64,000 nucleotides of DNA from Alphaproteobacteria bacterium (lineage in GTDB: Bacteria > Pseudomonadota > Alphaproteobacteria > Rickettsiales > UBA1997), in assembly GCA_014190355.1 (NCBI GenBank), contig BJGH01000001.1:244957-308956 (forward strand). The letters are read 5' to 3'. Each line of letters opens with the position of its first letter. The stretch's first letter is position 1. Of this stretch, positions 42,942 through 53,176 are shown piece by piece. A model generated the notes under the pieces. The model did not search any database. It saw only the letters and a program-made list of their open reading frames with translations, and was not told the origin of the DNA. The position numbers and the translations under genes were made by a program.

Positions 42942-43349
42942 ATGAAGTTCAAAAGAATTCGTGTTAGTAAAAAAGGCAAAATTGAAATTATACCGATGAT
43001 TGATGTAATGTTTTTTCTTTTAGCGACTTTTATTATTGCCTCATTATCAATGCAATATTATCAAGGAATATCGGTAAATTTAAGTCAAGGGCAAGCTGAA
43101 AAAATAAGTCAAGAACAAACCATAACAATTAGCATAACTAAAGATAATTTAATTTATGTTAATAAAAATAAAGTAGAATTATCAAATATTGTTAATGAAA
43201 TTAATAAACTTTACCCTAATCAAGATTTGTCAGAAAAAATCATTCTTCTAGCTTGTGATAAAGATTCTAAACAAGGTTTTGCTACACAGGCCATGCTCAT
43301 GATTAGTAAAGCTGGAGGGCAACATTTTTCAATAATCACTCAACCTTAG
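42942..43349 (+). CDS. exbD: ExbD
   Basis: IEIIPMIDVMFFLLATF. Confidence 0.9.
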   Translation: MKFKRIRVSKKGKIEIIPMIDVMFFLLATFIIASLSMQYYQGISVNLSQGQAEKISQEQTITISITKDNLIYVNKNKVELSNIVNEINKLYPNQDLSEKIILLACDKDSKQGFATQAMLMISKAGGQHFSIITQP

Positions 43350-43358
43350 TTATTAAAA

Positions 43359-43895
43359 ATGTATCGCCCCTTTTTAAGTTACAGTTTAGCAATTTTGTTT
43401 TACGGACTAATTCTTTCAACAAGTTTATTTTTTTATAAATACAATCAGACTCTACCAAAAATTTCCTTGCAAATTGATGCTAAAATTTTTGATCAAATTC
43501 AACATGGCAATGATCATCAACATGAATTTTCAAAAGAAATTAGCAAAGAACACAACAATAAGGCTCAGCATCATTATGATCATTTGGAAGGTAAAAAACC
43601 AGATTTAGTTCAACAAAAAAATCCAGATCGCTCAAACATCGCCAAAAATTTAGCCCCACTTTATCAACCTCTTCCCGATATCCCCGAAGAGCTTCGTTTT
43701 GAAGCAATGCGAACCACTGCTCTGGCTCGTTTTAATATTAAAAGCGATGGTTATGTTGAGAGTGTTGAATTAATTAAGGCAAGCAATTCACCAAAATTAA
43801 ACTATCTATTAGTCAAATCACTAAAGCAATGGCGATTTCCTCCTGCTAACAACAATTCAAGCCAAGAAATCTCAATTACCTTTGAAGTTAAGTAA
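43359..43895 (+). CDS. tonB: Short TonB energy transducer with His-rich linker
   Basis: N-terminal TM; C-terminal P.IP...R...ARF.I..DG.V..V.L...S...L...LKQWRFPP; follows exbBD. Confidence 0.8.
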   Translation: MYRPFLSYSLAILFYGLILSTSLFFYKYNQTLPKISLQIDAKIFDQIQHGNDHQHEFSKEISKEHNNKAQHHYDHLEGKKPDLVQQKNPDRSNIAKNLAPLYQPLPDIPEELRFEAMRTTALARFNIKSDGYVESVELIKASNSPKLNYLLVKSLKQWRFPPANNNSSQEISITFEVK

Positions 43896-43918
43896 CAAAT
43901 ATTTTATTCAAAAAAACC

Positions 43919-44470
43919 TTAACCATTCTTAAAATTTTTTTTATTAAATTTAAAAATACAACTATAAAAAATTACCAAGACTAGACAAAATATAAAGTTC
44001 CAATTTGCCATTGATAACCCAAAAATCATTAATTCAGGTTCGTCACATTTTTTTACTTTAGCGTTTTTCAGAATTTCTCGCAATTGCTCAAGATCATTAA
44101 CCTTGGCAATATTTTCAGTTGCACAACCGCTGAACGCTTTAATAATTTTTAGCTCAACAGCTGAGTGATATAATGCCAATAAAGCATTAAAAGCTAATAA
44201 CAAAATACAGATAATAAAAATATTTTTTTTTAATCGCTCACTAACTTTTATCGAAGTTTTTTTTACAAAAAAATAAACTAAGGTTAAAAAAATTATCGCA
44301 TAAAAAGGGATTCGTTGATAAAGACATAGAATGCAAGGCTCATAACCAAAAATATACTGAGCAATAAAGGCTAAAGCTAATACCAAAGCACAAATCAAAA
44401 ATAAGGAAGTAAAAGAAAAGTTGTAAAAATCTTTTTTTAAAAAATATTTCAATGAAAAATTTTTATTCAT
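43919..44470 (-). CDS. dsbB: Disulfide bond formation protein B
   Basis: PCILCLYQR, YH, second Cys pair GC...KCD, GLSMANWN. ATG 44470 overlaps the pgi stop. Confidence 0.9.
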   Translation of the reverse strand: MNKNFSLKYFLKKDFYNFSFTSLFLICALVLALAFIAQYIFGYEPCILCLYQRIPFYAIIFLTLVYFFVKKTSIKVSERLKKNIFIICILLLAFNALLALYHSAVELKIIKAFSGCATENIAKVNDLEQLREILKNAKVKKCDEPELMIFGLSMANWNFIFCLVLVIFYSCIFKFNKKNFKNG

Positions 44471-45698
44471 AAAAATTAGCAAGAATTTGTTTAGCTAAAT
44501 CTTTTCTAAGCTCAACTGCTGGTTGATCAAAAGGATTAATATTTTTTGCATAAGCAATTGCAATAATTTCCAAAAACATCTGCATCATTAACCCTCCTAA
44601 GCTCTCTTCATCAACCTTATTAAGTTCAAATAATCTGATTGGTAATTTTTTTTGCCTTAGAACCTCAATGGTGGTATTTTTTTCAATATCAAGAATTTCT
44701 GATAATTTTTTGTTAGCAAATAATGTTTTACAACCCTCAAGATCGTTAATTGTATAATCATTTGTTTTTATTTTAGCACTAATAAAAGTAAAAAACTTAT
44801 CGTGATTGCCTTCCAGATAAAGTTGGAGCTGACTATGCTGATCAACAGTTCCCATTGAATTAATTGGCGTAGCACCATAGCCATTCTTACCCAATGATTC
44901 GGCTAAAAGTTGTCGATACCAATCAGTGAAATTTTTTAAAATATCAACATAAGGCATGAAAACATTATTACGAAATCCCCGATTATAAAGCTCAATTTGG
45001 ATAGCAATTGAATCGGCAATCGTTGGATTATTTAAAAAATAATCAATAGCAAGCTTAGCGCCGCTGCGAAATTTTTTTACATCAAGACAAGCAATCAAAG
45101 CAGGAATAACTCCAACCGCACAAAATACTGAATATCTTCCACCAATGTCCGCAGGATGATCGATTACTTCAGCATTGATTTTATTGGCAATTTGTGCTAA
45201 AGAACTCGATTTATCAGCAGTTATAAATAAAAAATTGTCAGCAAAAATTTGTTGAGAATGATTTTCCTTTTTAAACTTATCAATCACAATCAAAGCTTGG
45301 CAAATTGTTTCAACGGTTTGACCAGATTTACTGATTACTAAAAAAAAACTTGTTACAAAATCAACATTTTTTAAAGAATTAGCAATTGAATCAGGATCGA
45401 TTGATTCAATAAACTCAAGTTGGCAATTTGGCTTAATAGCGCAAATAGTTTTGGCACCTAAACTTGAACCACCCACTCCCAAAACAAAGATTTTTTTAAA
45501 TTTCTGCAATGACTGAGTTATTTTCTGAAAATTTTCTAGATCGTCTTTTTTTTCAACGATATTTATGGCTGGGATTTTTTTTTCAGCAATTTCATTTCTT
45601 AAGCGCTTAATTGCTTTTTCAACATTCTGTCTTTCAAAAGTTGAAACATCACTAATTTCAATATTTTTAAACTCTTGGTGATATAAATTGAAGGTCAT
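44463..45698 (-). CDS. pgi: Glucose-6-phosphate isomerase
   Basis: GVGGSSLG, VISKSGQTVET, IGGRYSV, QLLAESLGK, GTVDQHSQLQ, NPFDQPAVE. Confidence 0.95.
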   Translation of the reverse strand: MTFNLYHQEFKNIEISDVSTFERQNVEKAIKRLRNEIAEKKIPAINIVEKKDDLENFQKITQSLQKFKKIFVLGVGGSSLGAKTICAIKPNCQLEFIESIDPDSIANSLKNVDFVTSFFLVISKSGQTVETICQALIVIDKFKKENHSQQIFADNFLFITADKSSSLAQIANKINAEVIDHPADIGGRYSVFCAVGVIPALIACLDVKKFRSGAKLAIDYFLNNPTIADSIAIQIELYNRGFRNNVFMPYVDILKNFTDWYRQLLAESLGKNGYGATPINSMGTVDQHSQLQLYLEGNHDKFFTFISAKIKTNDYTINDLEGCKTLFANKKLSEILDIEKNTTIEVLRQKKLPIRLFELNKVDEESLGGLMMQMFLEIIAIAYAKNINPFDQPAVELRKDLAKQILANFYE

Positions 45699-45876
45699 AA
45701 TTAAATTAAATAATTTATAAATTATTGTTAATTGTTAATAACTTAAAGTAAAAAGTAAAGTAAAAAAAAGAAAAATATTGACTTTACAATTGTGATTATT
45801 TGATTAAAATTTGAAAAGTGATAACTAAAAAATTAATTTACAACTTCACAATTTTATTGACAATATTGTATTATTT

Positions 45877-45951
45877 GGCTAGGTAGCAAAGTGGTAATGC
45901 AGAAGCCTGCAAAGCTTCTATGCGCCGGTTCGATTCCGGCCCTGGCCTCCA
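45877..45951 (+). tRNA. tRNA-Cys (GCA)
   Basis: Acceptor GGCTAGG/CCTGGCC, anticodon arm GAAGC-CTGCAAA-GCTTC, T arm GCCGG-TTCGATT-CCGGC, discriminator T, encoded CCA. Confidence 0.97.
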
Positions 45952-45987
45952 CTAAAAAAACTCTTACAACAAATTAATTTTTAAAAA

Positions 45988-46794
45988 CTAATTCATAAAT
46001 TGTTCTCTAATTATCCTTTCTTCCAACGAATGGTTATTATCAAATAAAATTTCAAAATTGGTTTTTAATTCTTGAAAAACTTCAACTTTAATAACATCTC
46101 TAACCTCTCTTGAGTCAGCTGTAGCACTGACTGATCTACTCTGTGGTTCTAAAATCTCAAAAATAACTTTGCAATTTGCAGGCAATAATGCTCCATTCCA
46201 TTTTCTTGGACGAAAGGAACTTATCGGCGTTAATGCCAATATTTCCGCTCCAAAGGGAATGATTGGCCCACCGGCCGATAAGTTATATGCAGTGGAACCA
46301 GCAGGAGTAGCAACCATTACTCCATCCGCCATTAAACAAGCTAGTCTTTCTTGTTGATTAATGACAATACGAATTTTACATGCTTGATTAGTTTGACGAA
46401 GCAAGGCAATCTCGTTGATCGCAATAAAACTATGAACCTGCTGATTAATATCCCACGCATTCATTCTTAAAGGGTGAATTCTCGCTATTTCCGCTACAGC
46501 TATGTTTTCTAAAACTAAATCATGGTTATAGCTATTCATTAAAAAACCGATCGTTCCACAATTTAGCCCATAAACTGCAATTGGTTTTTTTTCAAAAGCG
46601 TGGAGAATTCGAAGCATAAGACCATCTCCGCCAATTGCAATTATTAGATCAATTTGCTGATCGTAAGCCTTTTGAATTGAACTTTGCTTATCAATATCCA
46701 AATCAAAAAAACTATATTTCTTTAACAATTCATTTTTAATTTTTTGAGCTTGATGATTTTTTAAAGCACAAATAACGGCAATTTTTTTAAACAT
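45988..46794 (-). CDS. nadK: NAD kinase
   Basis: GGDG, GTIGFL, NE, DG..VATPAGSTAYNLSAGG. Confidence 0.96.
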   Translation of the reverse strand: MFKKIAVICALKNHQAQKIKNELLKKYSFFDLDIDKQSSIQKAYDQQIDLIIAIGGDGLMLRILHAFEKKPIAVYGLNCGTIGFLMNSYNHDLVLENIAVAEIARIHPLRMNAWDINQQVHSFIAINEIALLRQTNQACKIRIVINQQERLACLMADGVMVATPAGSTAYNLSAGGPIIPFGAEILALTPISSFRPRKWNGALLPANCKVIFEILEPQSRSVSATADSREVRDVIKVEVFQELKTNFEILFDNNHSLEERIIREQFMN

Positions 46795-46797
46795 AAC

Positions 46798-47616
46798 CTA
46801 AGAACTTGTAATTTGATATAAAGCAATAGCACATGCTACGGAAACATTGAGACTCTCAACTTCTTTACTAGTTTCAACTTTCAATAAAAAATCGCAATTC
46901 TTTTTTACTAACTGTCTAATTCCCTCACCCTCTGAGCCAACTACTAAAGCAATGTTTCGATATTGGTTAACTTCTTTGATATTTATTGAAGCATGAGAAT
47001 CAAGTCCAAAACTCCAATAACCAATTTTTTTAATTTTTTCTAAAAAATTATTAAAATTATTAACGACAATTAAATCAGCAAATTCAATATTTCCAGCTGA
47101 CGCTTTAACAATCGTTGCATTTTCGATAACCGAATGGTGATTAGAAAATATTATCTTATTAAAGCCAAAAGCTGTGGCACTTCTAATAATTGCTCCAACA
47201 TTTTGTGGATCACTAATTTGATCAAGCATTAATAATTTTGGTAAGTTATTTTCTGGCAGTTGATATAACTCTTCCAAAAAATCAATTTGCTCTTTAACCT
47301 TTAATTTAGTAGTATCAAGAGCAATTCCTTGGTGAACAAAATTTTTACCAACCAATTCATCAATTTTTTGATTATCTACTAATCTAATTAATTCGCGGTG
47401 TTTATTTAAGTCATTTTTTTCAAGAAATATCTCAAGCTCTGGTTGAGAATTTTTTGTAACATAAATCGCAAAAAACTTTCTTCTTTTAGCTTTTAAAGCC
47501 ATAAAAACCGGATTTTTACCAGCTATATAAAAACTTTGTTCACAATTACCATTTCTTTGATAAAATCGAGGTGATAAGAAACTTTGAGATTTATAAGGTA
47601 ATTTTTTTTTATTCAT
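46798..47616 (-). CDS. rlmB: 23S rRNA Gm2251 methyltransferase RlmB (SPOUT)
   Basis: HQGI, DPQNVGAIIRSA, GSEGEGIR, VESLNVSVA. Confidence 0.92.
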   Translation of the reverse strand: MNKKKLPYKSQSFLSPRFYQRNGNCEQSFYIAGKNPVFMALKAKRRKFFAIYVTKNSQPELEIFLEKNDLNKHRELIRLVDNQKIDELVGKNFVHQGIALDTTKLKVKEQIDFLEELYQLPENNLPKLLMLDQISDPQNVGAIIRSATAFGFNKIIFSNHHSVIENATIVKASAGNIEFADLIVVNNFNNFLEKIKKIGYWSFGLDSHASINIKEVNQYRNIALVVGSEGEGIRQLVKKNCDFLLKVETSKEVESLNVSVACAIALYQITSS

Positions 47617-47807
47617 AATTGGTAAAATTTAAAAAATAATAAATTTTTTTTAAATTTTAAGATATTATATTATATACTCAAGGCAATTAAGACCTTAAGA
47701 TTATTTTAAAATTAAGCTTTACCTTATCATCTAAAATCTCAAGATTTAATTAAAATTAAACTTTTAAATATTTAATAAATTAATTTTTAATTAAACTCAA
47801 TAATTTT

Positions 47808-49397
47808 TTATATTCCTCTGCCATCAATTGTATTATTTGTTTGATTTGCTTTAGGTTTTGTTGGGTTATAGCCGGGAGGCGCAGATCCTAAATCTCTATT
47901 ATAATTCATAAATGCTTTAATATTAATCCTATTAAGAAGATCTTTATAGCTATCGTTTAGAAATTTACCATCTTTTGTTAATTCAATAGTTTGTATTGGT
48001 TTATTTGGCAATAATATTCCACAAAATTTATCTTTTAGACTATCACAACTTAGCAAAGATTCTTTTTCCTGATCTAATTTTTCAATAAAATTCCTTATAT
48101 CATTTTTAACCTTATGATCAAAGGTAAGTAGTAGCAAATTATCTGTATTATTATCCAAAAAAACAAGATAAAGAAATTTATTATCTCTATCTTCTAATAA
48201 AAGAGGTATTTTAAATTTTTTTTCTTTTTCAAATTGTCTTATAAATCGTAATTTTTCATCTATGGTAATCCCAGTATTTATCAAATCTAATTTAGCAGGA
48301 GGAGTTTCTTTAATTGGTAATTTACAATGGACACTCAATAATTTCGATCCGAGCTGCGCTGAATATTGTCCAGAACTCTTTATCTCGTCATCAATCTTAT
48401 CAATAAAATTTTTTAAATGAATTTTATTAAGAAAATCTTCATAACTAAGACCATAAGGCATATCATTTGGTGTTAATACAATTGGTTCTATTGGTGTTGT
48501 TTTATTTAGCGATAATATTTTATTAATTTCATCTTCAAGATTATCACAACTTAACAAAGATTCTTTTTGTTCAACTAATTTAGTTGTAATAAAATCCTTT
48601 ATTTGTTTTGTTTCAAAATGATCAGAACCTTTTCTAAAAGTAAATAATAACAAATTATTTGTTTTATTATCTAAAAGAACAAGATCAATAATGTCTTTTT
48701 GTCTATCTTCTAATAAAAGAGGGTTTTTAAAATTTTTCTCTTTTTCACATTTTCTTATAAATTGTAATTTTTCATATACAGTATTTCCAGGATTCCTCCA
48801 GTCAAATTTAGTAGTTGAAGAATCTGGTTTAGGGGGAGAATTTTCTGATAAATTAGATCCTCCAGAAGCACTTGCGGCTCGAACGTCTTGTTGATCAGTT
48901 ATTTGATGATTAGCCAGCTCTAAAAATTTTCTCAATTCTTCTTTCAGAAAAAAATCTGATTTAGAATTGAAGTCCTCCAAAAACAAATACTCTTTGCCAT
49001 CTTCAAAAAGAGTTTTAGTGAATATACCTGAATTTTTTATTCTTGTTTCAAAGTCTTCGATTTGATAATTTGGTAAAATGTTTGATAATAACCCTGAGAA
49101 TAATCTCATTCTTTTAATACAATTTTTTTCAAGATCTTCTATTTTACTGTCATCAATATATTTAAGATGTTCTCCCTCATTAAAATATTTAGATAAATAA
49201 AAAAAGGGTGATGATGTAGATTTATCAACTTCATGATTATCTGAAGTTTCAGTAATTCCATTGCCAACACTTTTAGCAATTGATGATACAAAACTTTCAG
49301 ATACTTTAAAAAAAAATTCATCTATTTCTTTTCTTTTAAAAAAAATATTAAAATAAGTGGTGATTCTATCTTCAAGATTTAAAACTGGATTTGACAT
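47808..49397 (-). CDS. Hypothetical protein with an internal ~130-aa domain duplication
   Basis: 529-aa ORF; EKL.FIR..EKEK.FK.PLLLEDR...LV.LDN.T.NLLL.TF occurs twice, 516 nt apart. Confidence 0.8.
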   Translation of the reverse strand: MSNPVLNLEDRITTYFNIFFKRKEIDEFFFKVSESFVSSIAKSVGNGITETSDNHEVDKSTSSPFFYLSKYFNEGEHLKYIDDSKIEDLEKNCIKRMRLFSGLLSNILPNYQIEDFETRIKNSGIFTKTLFEDGKEYLFLEDFNSKSDFFLKEELRKFLELANHQITDQQDVRAASASGGSNLSENSPPKPDSSTTKFDWRNPGNTVYEKLQFIRKCEKEKNFKNPLLLEDRQKDIIDLVLLDNKTNNLLLFTFRKGSDHFETKQIKDFITTKLVEQKESLLSCDNLEDEINKILSLNKTTPIEPIVLTPNDMPYGLSYEDFLNKIHLKNFIDKIDDEIKSSGQYSAQLGSKLLSVHCKLPIKETPPAKLDLINTGITIDEKLRFIRQFEKEKKFKIPLLLEDRDNKFLYLVFLDNNTDNLLLLTFDHKVKNDIRNFIEKLDQEKESLLSCDSLKDKFCGILLPNKPIQTIELTKDGKFLNDSYKDLLNRINIKAFMNYNRDLGSAPPGYNPTKPKANQTNNTIDGRGI

Positions 49398-49543
49398 TTA
49401 AAAAAAATTAAAATTAAAAAAAATTTTTATACTTACAAATTTCAGATTTTTTTTAAAAATGTCAATAAATTTAAAAAAAATTTTAAAAAAAACCAAAAAC
49501 TTGTAGTTAAATTTTAAGAAAGTAACAATCTTCTTGCCAAGAT

Positions 49544-50518
49544 CTAAAACCAATTTTTGTTTTTAAAAAAAATCGCCAATATAATAGCAATTAAAAACAT
49601 TAAAAAACAAAAAATGTAAAAACCACTTGGGTTATTTGCTCCAGGTATTTCATTAAAATTCATACCAAACAAACCTGTAAAAAAAGTTAAAGGCATAAAA
49701 ATAATTGCTACTACCGATAACTTAAACATGTTTTTGTTAATTCTCTCATTAAGGTAATGCATTAACTCATCTTGTAAAATTTTTGCTCTACTTGCTACCT
49801 CCTCCGCTTCATCAAGTAGCTGTGAAATATGATTGTGATTTTCCTGAAAATGTCTTCTTGCCCAATCATTAATCCAAATTGATTCAACATATCTTAACTT
49901 GCCAATCATTTCTTTTTGAGGAGTTAAATATCTTTTAAAAATAGCAAGTTGTGAACGAATTGGCAAAATTTCTTCTCGTAAATTAAGGTTATAAGATTTA
50001 ACAATTTTATTTTCAATATTATCAACCTTATCACCAATACCATAAAGAAATGGAGCTGTAGTAGCAATAGATTGATCAATTAAATTATATAAAAATTCTT
50101 CTGCGGTTTTAATAACTTTTCCACCATCTATTTGCTCCTTGATGTTATAAATTGCTTTCATATCAGAATATTGCAAAGTAATGATACGATCTTTGTCAAT
50201 CCACATTCGAAGTGAAACCATTTCCTCAGGTTCAACTGCATTTAAGGCTACTCCACGAATAATTACTAGAAGTCCTCTTTCAAATTCAATAATTCTTGGA
50301 CGAGTCTCATGAGCAATTAATGCTTCGATAATTAAATGATCAAGATAATTTACTTTTTGAATTAACCATCTTTTTGCCAATTCATCATTTGCATCAAGAT
50401 GAACCCAAGACAAACCTTCACTTTTTAACTCCCCAGCAACCCTACTATCATCAAGCTTTATTGCTCTGGAATCATTGGCAAAAGAATAAGAAAATAAAAT
50501 ATGATTATTTTTGTTCAT
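49544..50518 (-). CDS. CorA/ZntB-family divalent cation transporter
   Basis: WVHLD, ETRPR, SLRMWI, RYLTPQ, FMPLTFFTGLFGMN..IPG; two C-terminal TMs. Confidence 0.9.
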   Translation of the reverse strand: MNKNNHILFSYSFANDSRAIKLDDSRVAGELKSEGLSWVHLDANDELAKRWLIQKVNYLDHLIIEALIAHETRPRIIEFERGLLVIIRGVALNAVEPEEMVSLRMWIDKDRIITLQYSDMKAIYNIKEQIDGGKVIKTAEEFLYNLIDQSIATTAPFLYGIGDKVDNIENKIVKSYNLNLREEILPIRSQLAIFKRYLTPQKEMIGKLRYVESIWINDWARRHFQENHNHISQLLDEAEEVASRAKILQDELMHYLNERINKNMFKLSVVAIIFMPLTFFTGLFGMNFNEIPGANNPSGFYIFCFLMFLIAIILAIFFKNKNWF

Positions 50519-50531
50519 AGCTTTAAAAATA

Positions 50532-51323
50532 TTATTTATTACTTATATTTTTTTGATAAATATTAGTAATTATTTTTAAATAAATTTGATAAGGCAAAAT
50601 CCTAAGAATTTTCATAATTATTGTAAATTTTTTAGGAAAATGGATTTCAAATTTATTAGATTCCAGATCATGGTAAATATATTCGCTAGCTTGCTTGGAT
50701 GAAACAATAAAAGGCATCGCAAATTTATTTTTTGATGTTAAACGAGTTTCAACAAATCCTGGATTAATTATTGATAAATTTAAATTATGAGCTTTAAGTT
50801 CAGGATAAATTCCTTCACAAAGATTAATTAAACCTGCTTTAGATGCACCATATGCCAAAGATTGGGGAAGTCCACGATAACCTGCAACACTAGCAATTAC
50901 TGCGATATGACCAGATTGTTGATCAAGCATTTTTTTTACAACCAATTCAAAAAAATCAAAAATACTGGTAAAATTAACATTGATAATTTCTTTAGCAAGC
51001 GAACAGTCAAGATCTTTCAAAGTCATTTGCTCGTATAATGCTGGAGCAAAAACTACCAAATCAATTTTAGAAAATTTTATGAAATATTGCTTTACTGCAT
51101 CAGCAAAACTATGACTATTTCCAACATCGCAAACGATATAGTCAAAAACATTTGGTAAAGGATTAGAATTGAGGGTATTTTGGTGATTAACTTGATTAAC
51201 AATCTCCTTTAAAACATCCAATCTTCGTGATGAAATAACAACATTCCAACCTTGCGAATAATATTTTTTGGCAAGCTCAAGACCTATTCCACAACTTGCT
51301 CCAATAATCCAACAATTTTTCAT
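50532..51323 (-). CDS. Short-chain dehydrogenase/reductase
   Basis: WIIGASCGIG, ASVAGYRGLP, YGASK, NPGFVET. Confidence 0.92.
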   Translation of the reverse strand: MKNCWIIGASCGIGLELAKKYYSQGWNVVISSRRLDVLKEIVNQVNHQNTLNSNPLPNVFDYIVCDVGNSHSFADAVKQYFIKFSKIDLVVFAPALYEQMTLKDLDCSLAKEIINVNFTSIFDFFELVVKKMLDQQSGHIAVIASVAGYRGLPQSLAYGASKAGLINLCEGIYPELKAHNLNLSIINPGFVETRLTSKNKFAMPFIVSSKQASEYIYHDLESNKFEIHFPKKFTIIMKILRILPYQIYLKIITNIYQKNISNK

Positions 51324-51878
51324 TTAAATTCCAATTTTTTTAAAACCAATAGTCAGAGTTGCAACCTTAAATCCAAATTTTGTAATTGTTGAAACATTGA
51401 TCAAAGAATCATTATTAATTAAAAACATCCAGTCATTAATTGGACAATCGTAATTTCTTCCATCAACTGGAATTGTTAAAACATAATTCATGCGTAAAGC
51501 ATTGCCATATTGCTCTCCTTTAGCAATTCCAACAACATCCCCAGCCTTAGCGGTAAAATTATGATCATCAATCATAGAAATTTTCCATTCACGATGATCA
51601 GTTTTATTATCCGAAAAAACAAAATCTTCTTTTAAAACTCCTTCCTTACCTTGCCATGAACCAGTCATTTTAACTGTGAAAGTTTTAATAACTTTACCAC
51701 TGCGATCCTGAAGGATTCCATAAGCTTCGAGATTGCCACGAAAAAATTTACGAATATCAAATTTAGGAGAAGAATTTTCGTATATCTTAGGACTTTTACT
51801 TGAGCAGGAAAATAATAACATAGGCATAAAAATAATAGTTAGTAATAATTTTAAATTTTTATGCATAATCTTAAACAA
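51324..51878 (-). CDS. DUF3833 family lipoprotein (start possibly ATG 51866)
   Basis: Lipobox LFSC; FF.G...AYG..QDRSG, L.EDF..SD, R.W, DWMF, KFG. Confidence 0.85.
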   Translation of the reverse strand: MFKIMHKNLKLLLTIIFMPMLLFSCSSKSPKIYENSSPKFDIRKFFRGNLEAYGILQDRSGKVIKTFTVKMTGSWQGKEGVLKEDFVFSDNKTDHREWKISMIDDHNFTAKAGDVVGIAKGEQYGNALRMNYVLTIPVDGRNYDCPINDWMFLINNDSLINVSTITKFGFKVATLTIGFKKIGI

Positions 51879-51907
51879 TCAGTAATTTCTAAAGCAAGTT
51901 TTATAAA

Positions 51908-53176
51908 TTAATAATCCTTGCGTTTTTGTAATTGACGAAGCTTAACAATAACAATTATCTTAATCAAACACGGAACTACTGAGTAAACATAAGGAATAGC
52001 CCATAGACCATTATTAATATAACTACCGATCTTATAATCAAAGAAACCAAGAATAATTAAACTTGCTGATGATGCAATAACTAATCCAAGCTTTACTAAC
52101 ATATTCCAAACGGCTATGTAAGATGTAACTTTTTCTTTTTTATCATGAATAATATTGGCAATGATTGCCGGAGGCATAATTAAATCCGCTCCAAGAAATA
52201 ATCCCGAAGCAAAGCAAACGATAAAAAATAAATTAGCATTTGTTTCACCCAGTAAACAGTTAAAAATAAAAGTAATTACACTGCCAAATAGAGCGAAAAT
52301 CCATGTATTGATAATACCGTGCTTTTGAGCAATTTTTTTCCAAAAACCTATAAACATACATCCTGCCAAGAAGTATACTCCAAGGAATAATCCTAATTTT
52401 TGTGAAGCTCTAAGAACATCTTCAACATAAAAGAAAATAACCGAAGCTGGGATACTTACGGCAATTGCATTAATAAAGAAAATATACAGATATTTTAAGA
52501 AGATTTTATTATTTTTAATTTCACCAAAAACGCTTTTCATATTCAAGCGAGTGTAATGTTCAATTTTATTGATTTTAACTGAACGAAAGAAAACTAATAA
52601 TACAGTAAAAATTAAAAAGACAAAAATTGCACTGCAATAAAAATAGCTACTCTTCAAATCTGAATCGATAAAAATTGCTAAAAGACTTGGTAAAATTGAA
52701 GCCAAAAGAACACCGATTAATCCAAAAAACTCCTTCCATGAATTTATTGCCAATCTTTCATTATCGTTTTTGGCAATGTAAACAGCGATTGATTCGTAAT
52801 TAATAATCGCAAAATTAAAGAAGGTATATGTTAACACTAAGAATAGCACAAACCATACTCCAATCATTTGTTTATCAAAAGAAATTGGTGGATTGAATAA
52901 GGCAAAAAAACTTAAGCTTAATAAAATTGAACTATATAAAATTATTCTTTTTTGTGAAACTTTTTTATGAATTAAATAACTAGACCAGTAACCAACAAAT
53001 GGCTCTTGGATCAAATCAATTGCTCTAGATAGCAATAATAAAAACCCTAGAAAGGATAAATTTACACCATATTCTTTAGCATAAAAACCATTAATATTAA
53101 CATAAATTGGTAAACCAACAAATGCTAATGGCATTGATAAAATTGCATAATTAAATAATTGTTTTTTAGTAATCAT
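51908..53176 (-). CDS. MFS transporter (GPH/MelB-like)
   Basis: About 12 TMs; PLAFVGLPIYV, R..D...P..G..S, GADL.MPP. Confidence 0.85.
   Translation of the reverse strand: MITKKQLFNYAILSMPLAFVGLPIYVNINGFYAKEYGVNLSFLGFLLLLSRAIDLIQEPFVGYWSSYLIHKKVSQKRIILYSSILLSLSFFALFNPPISFDKQMIGVWFVLFLVLTYTFFNFAIINYESIAVYIAKNDNERLAINSWKEFFGLIGVLLASILPSLLAIFIDSDLKSSYFYCSAIFVFLIFTVLLVFFRSVKINKIEHYTRLNMKSVFGEIKNNKIFLKYLYIFFINAIAVSIPASVIFFYVEDVLRASQKLGLFLGVYFLAGCMFIGFWKKIAQKHGIINTWIFALFGSVITFIFNCLLGETNANLFFIVCFASGLFLGADLIMPPAIIANIIHDKKEKVTSYIAVWNMLVKLGLVIASSASLIILGFFDYKIGSYINNGLWAIPYVYSVVPCLIKIIVIVKLRQLQKRKDY

Noticed and set aside
45877-45987. tRNA-Cys as an island integration site
   Set aside because: It is flanked directly by pgi and nadK; I found no duplicated tRNA 3' end and no integrase.
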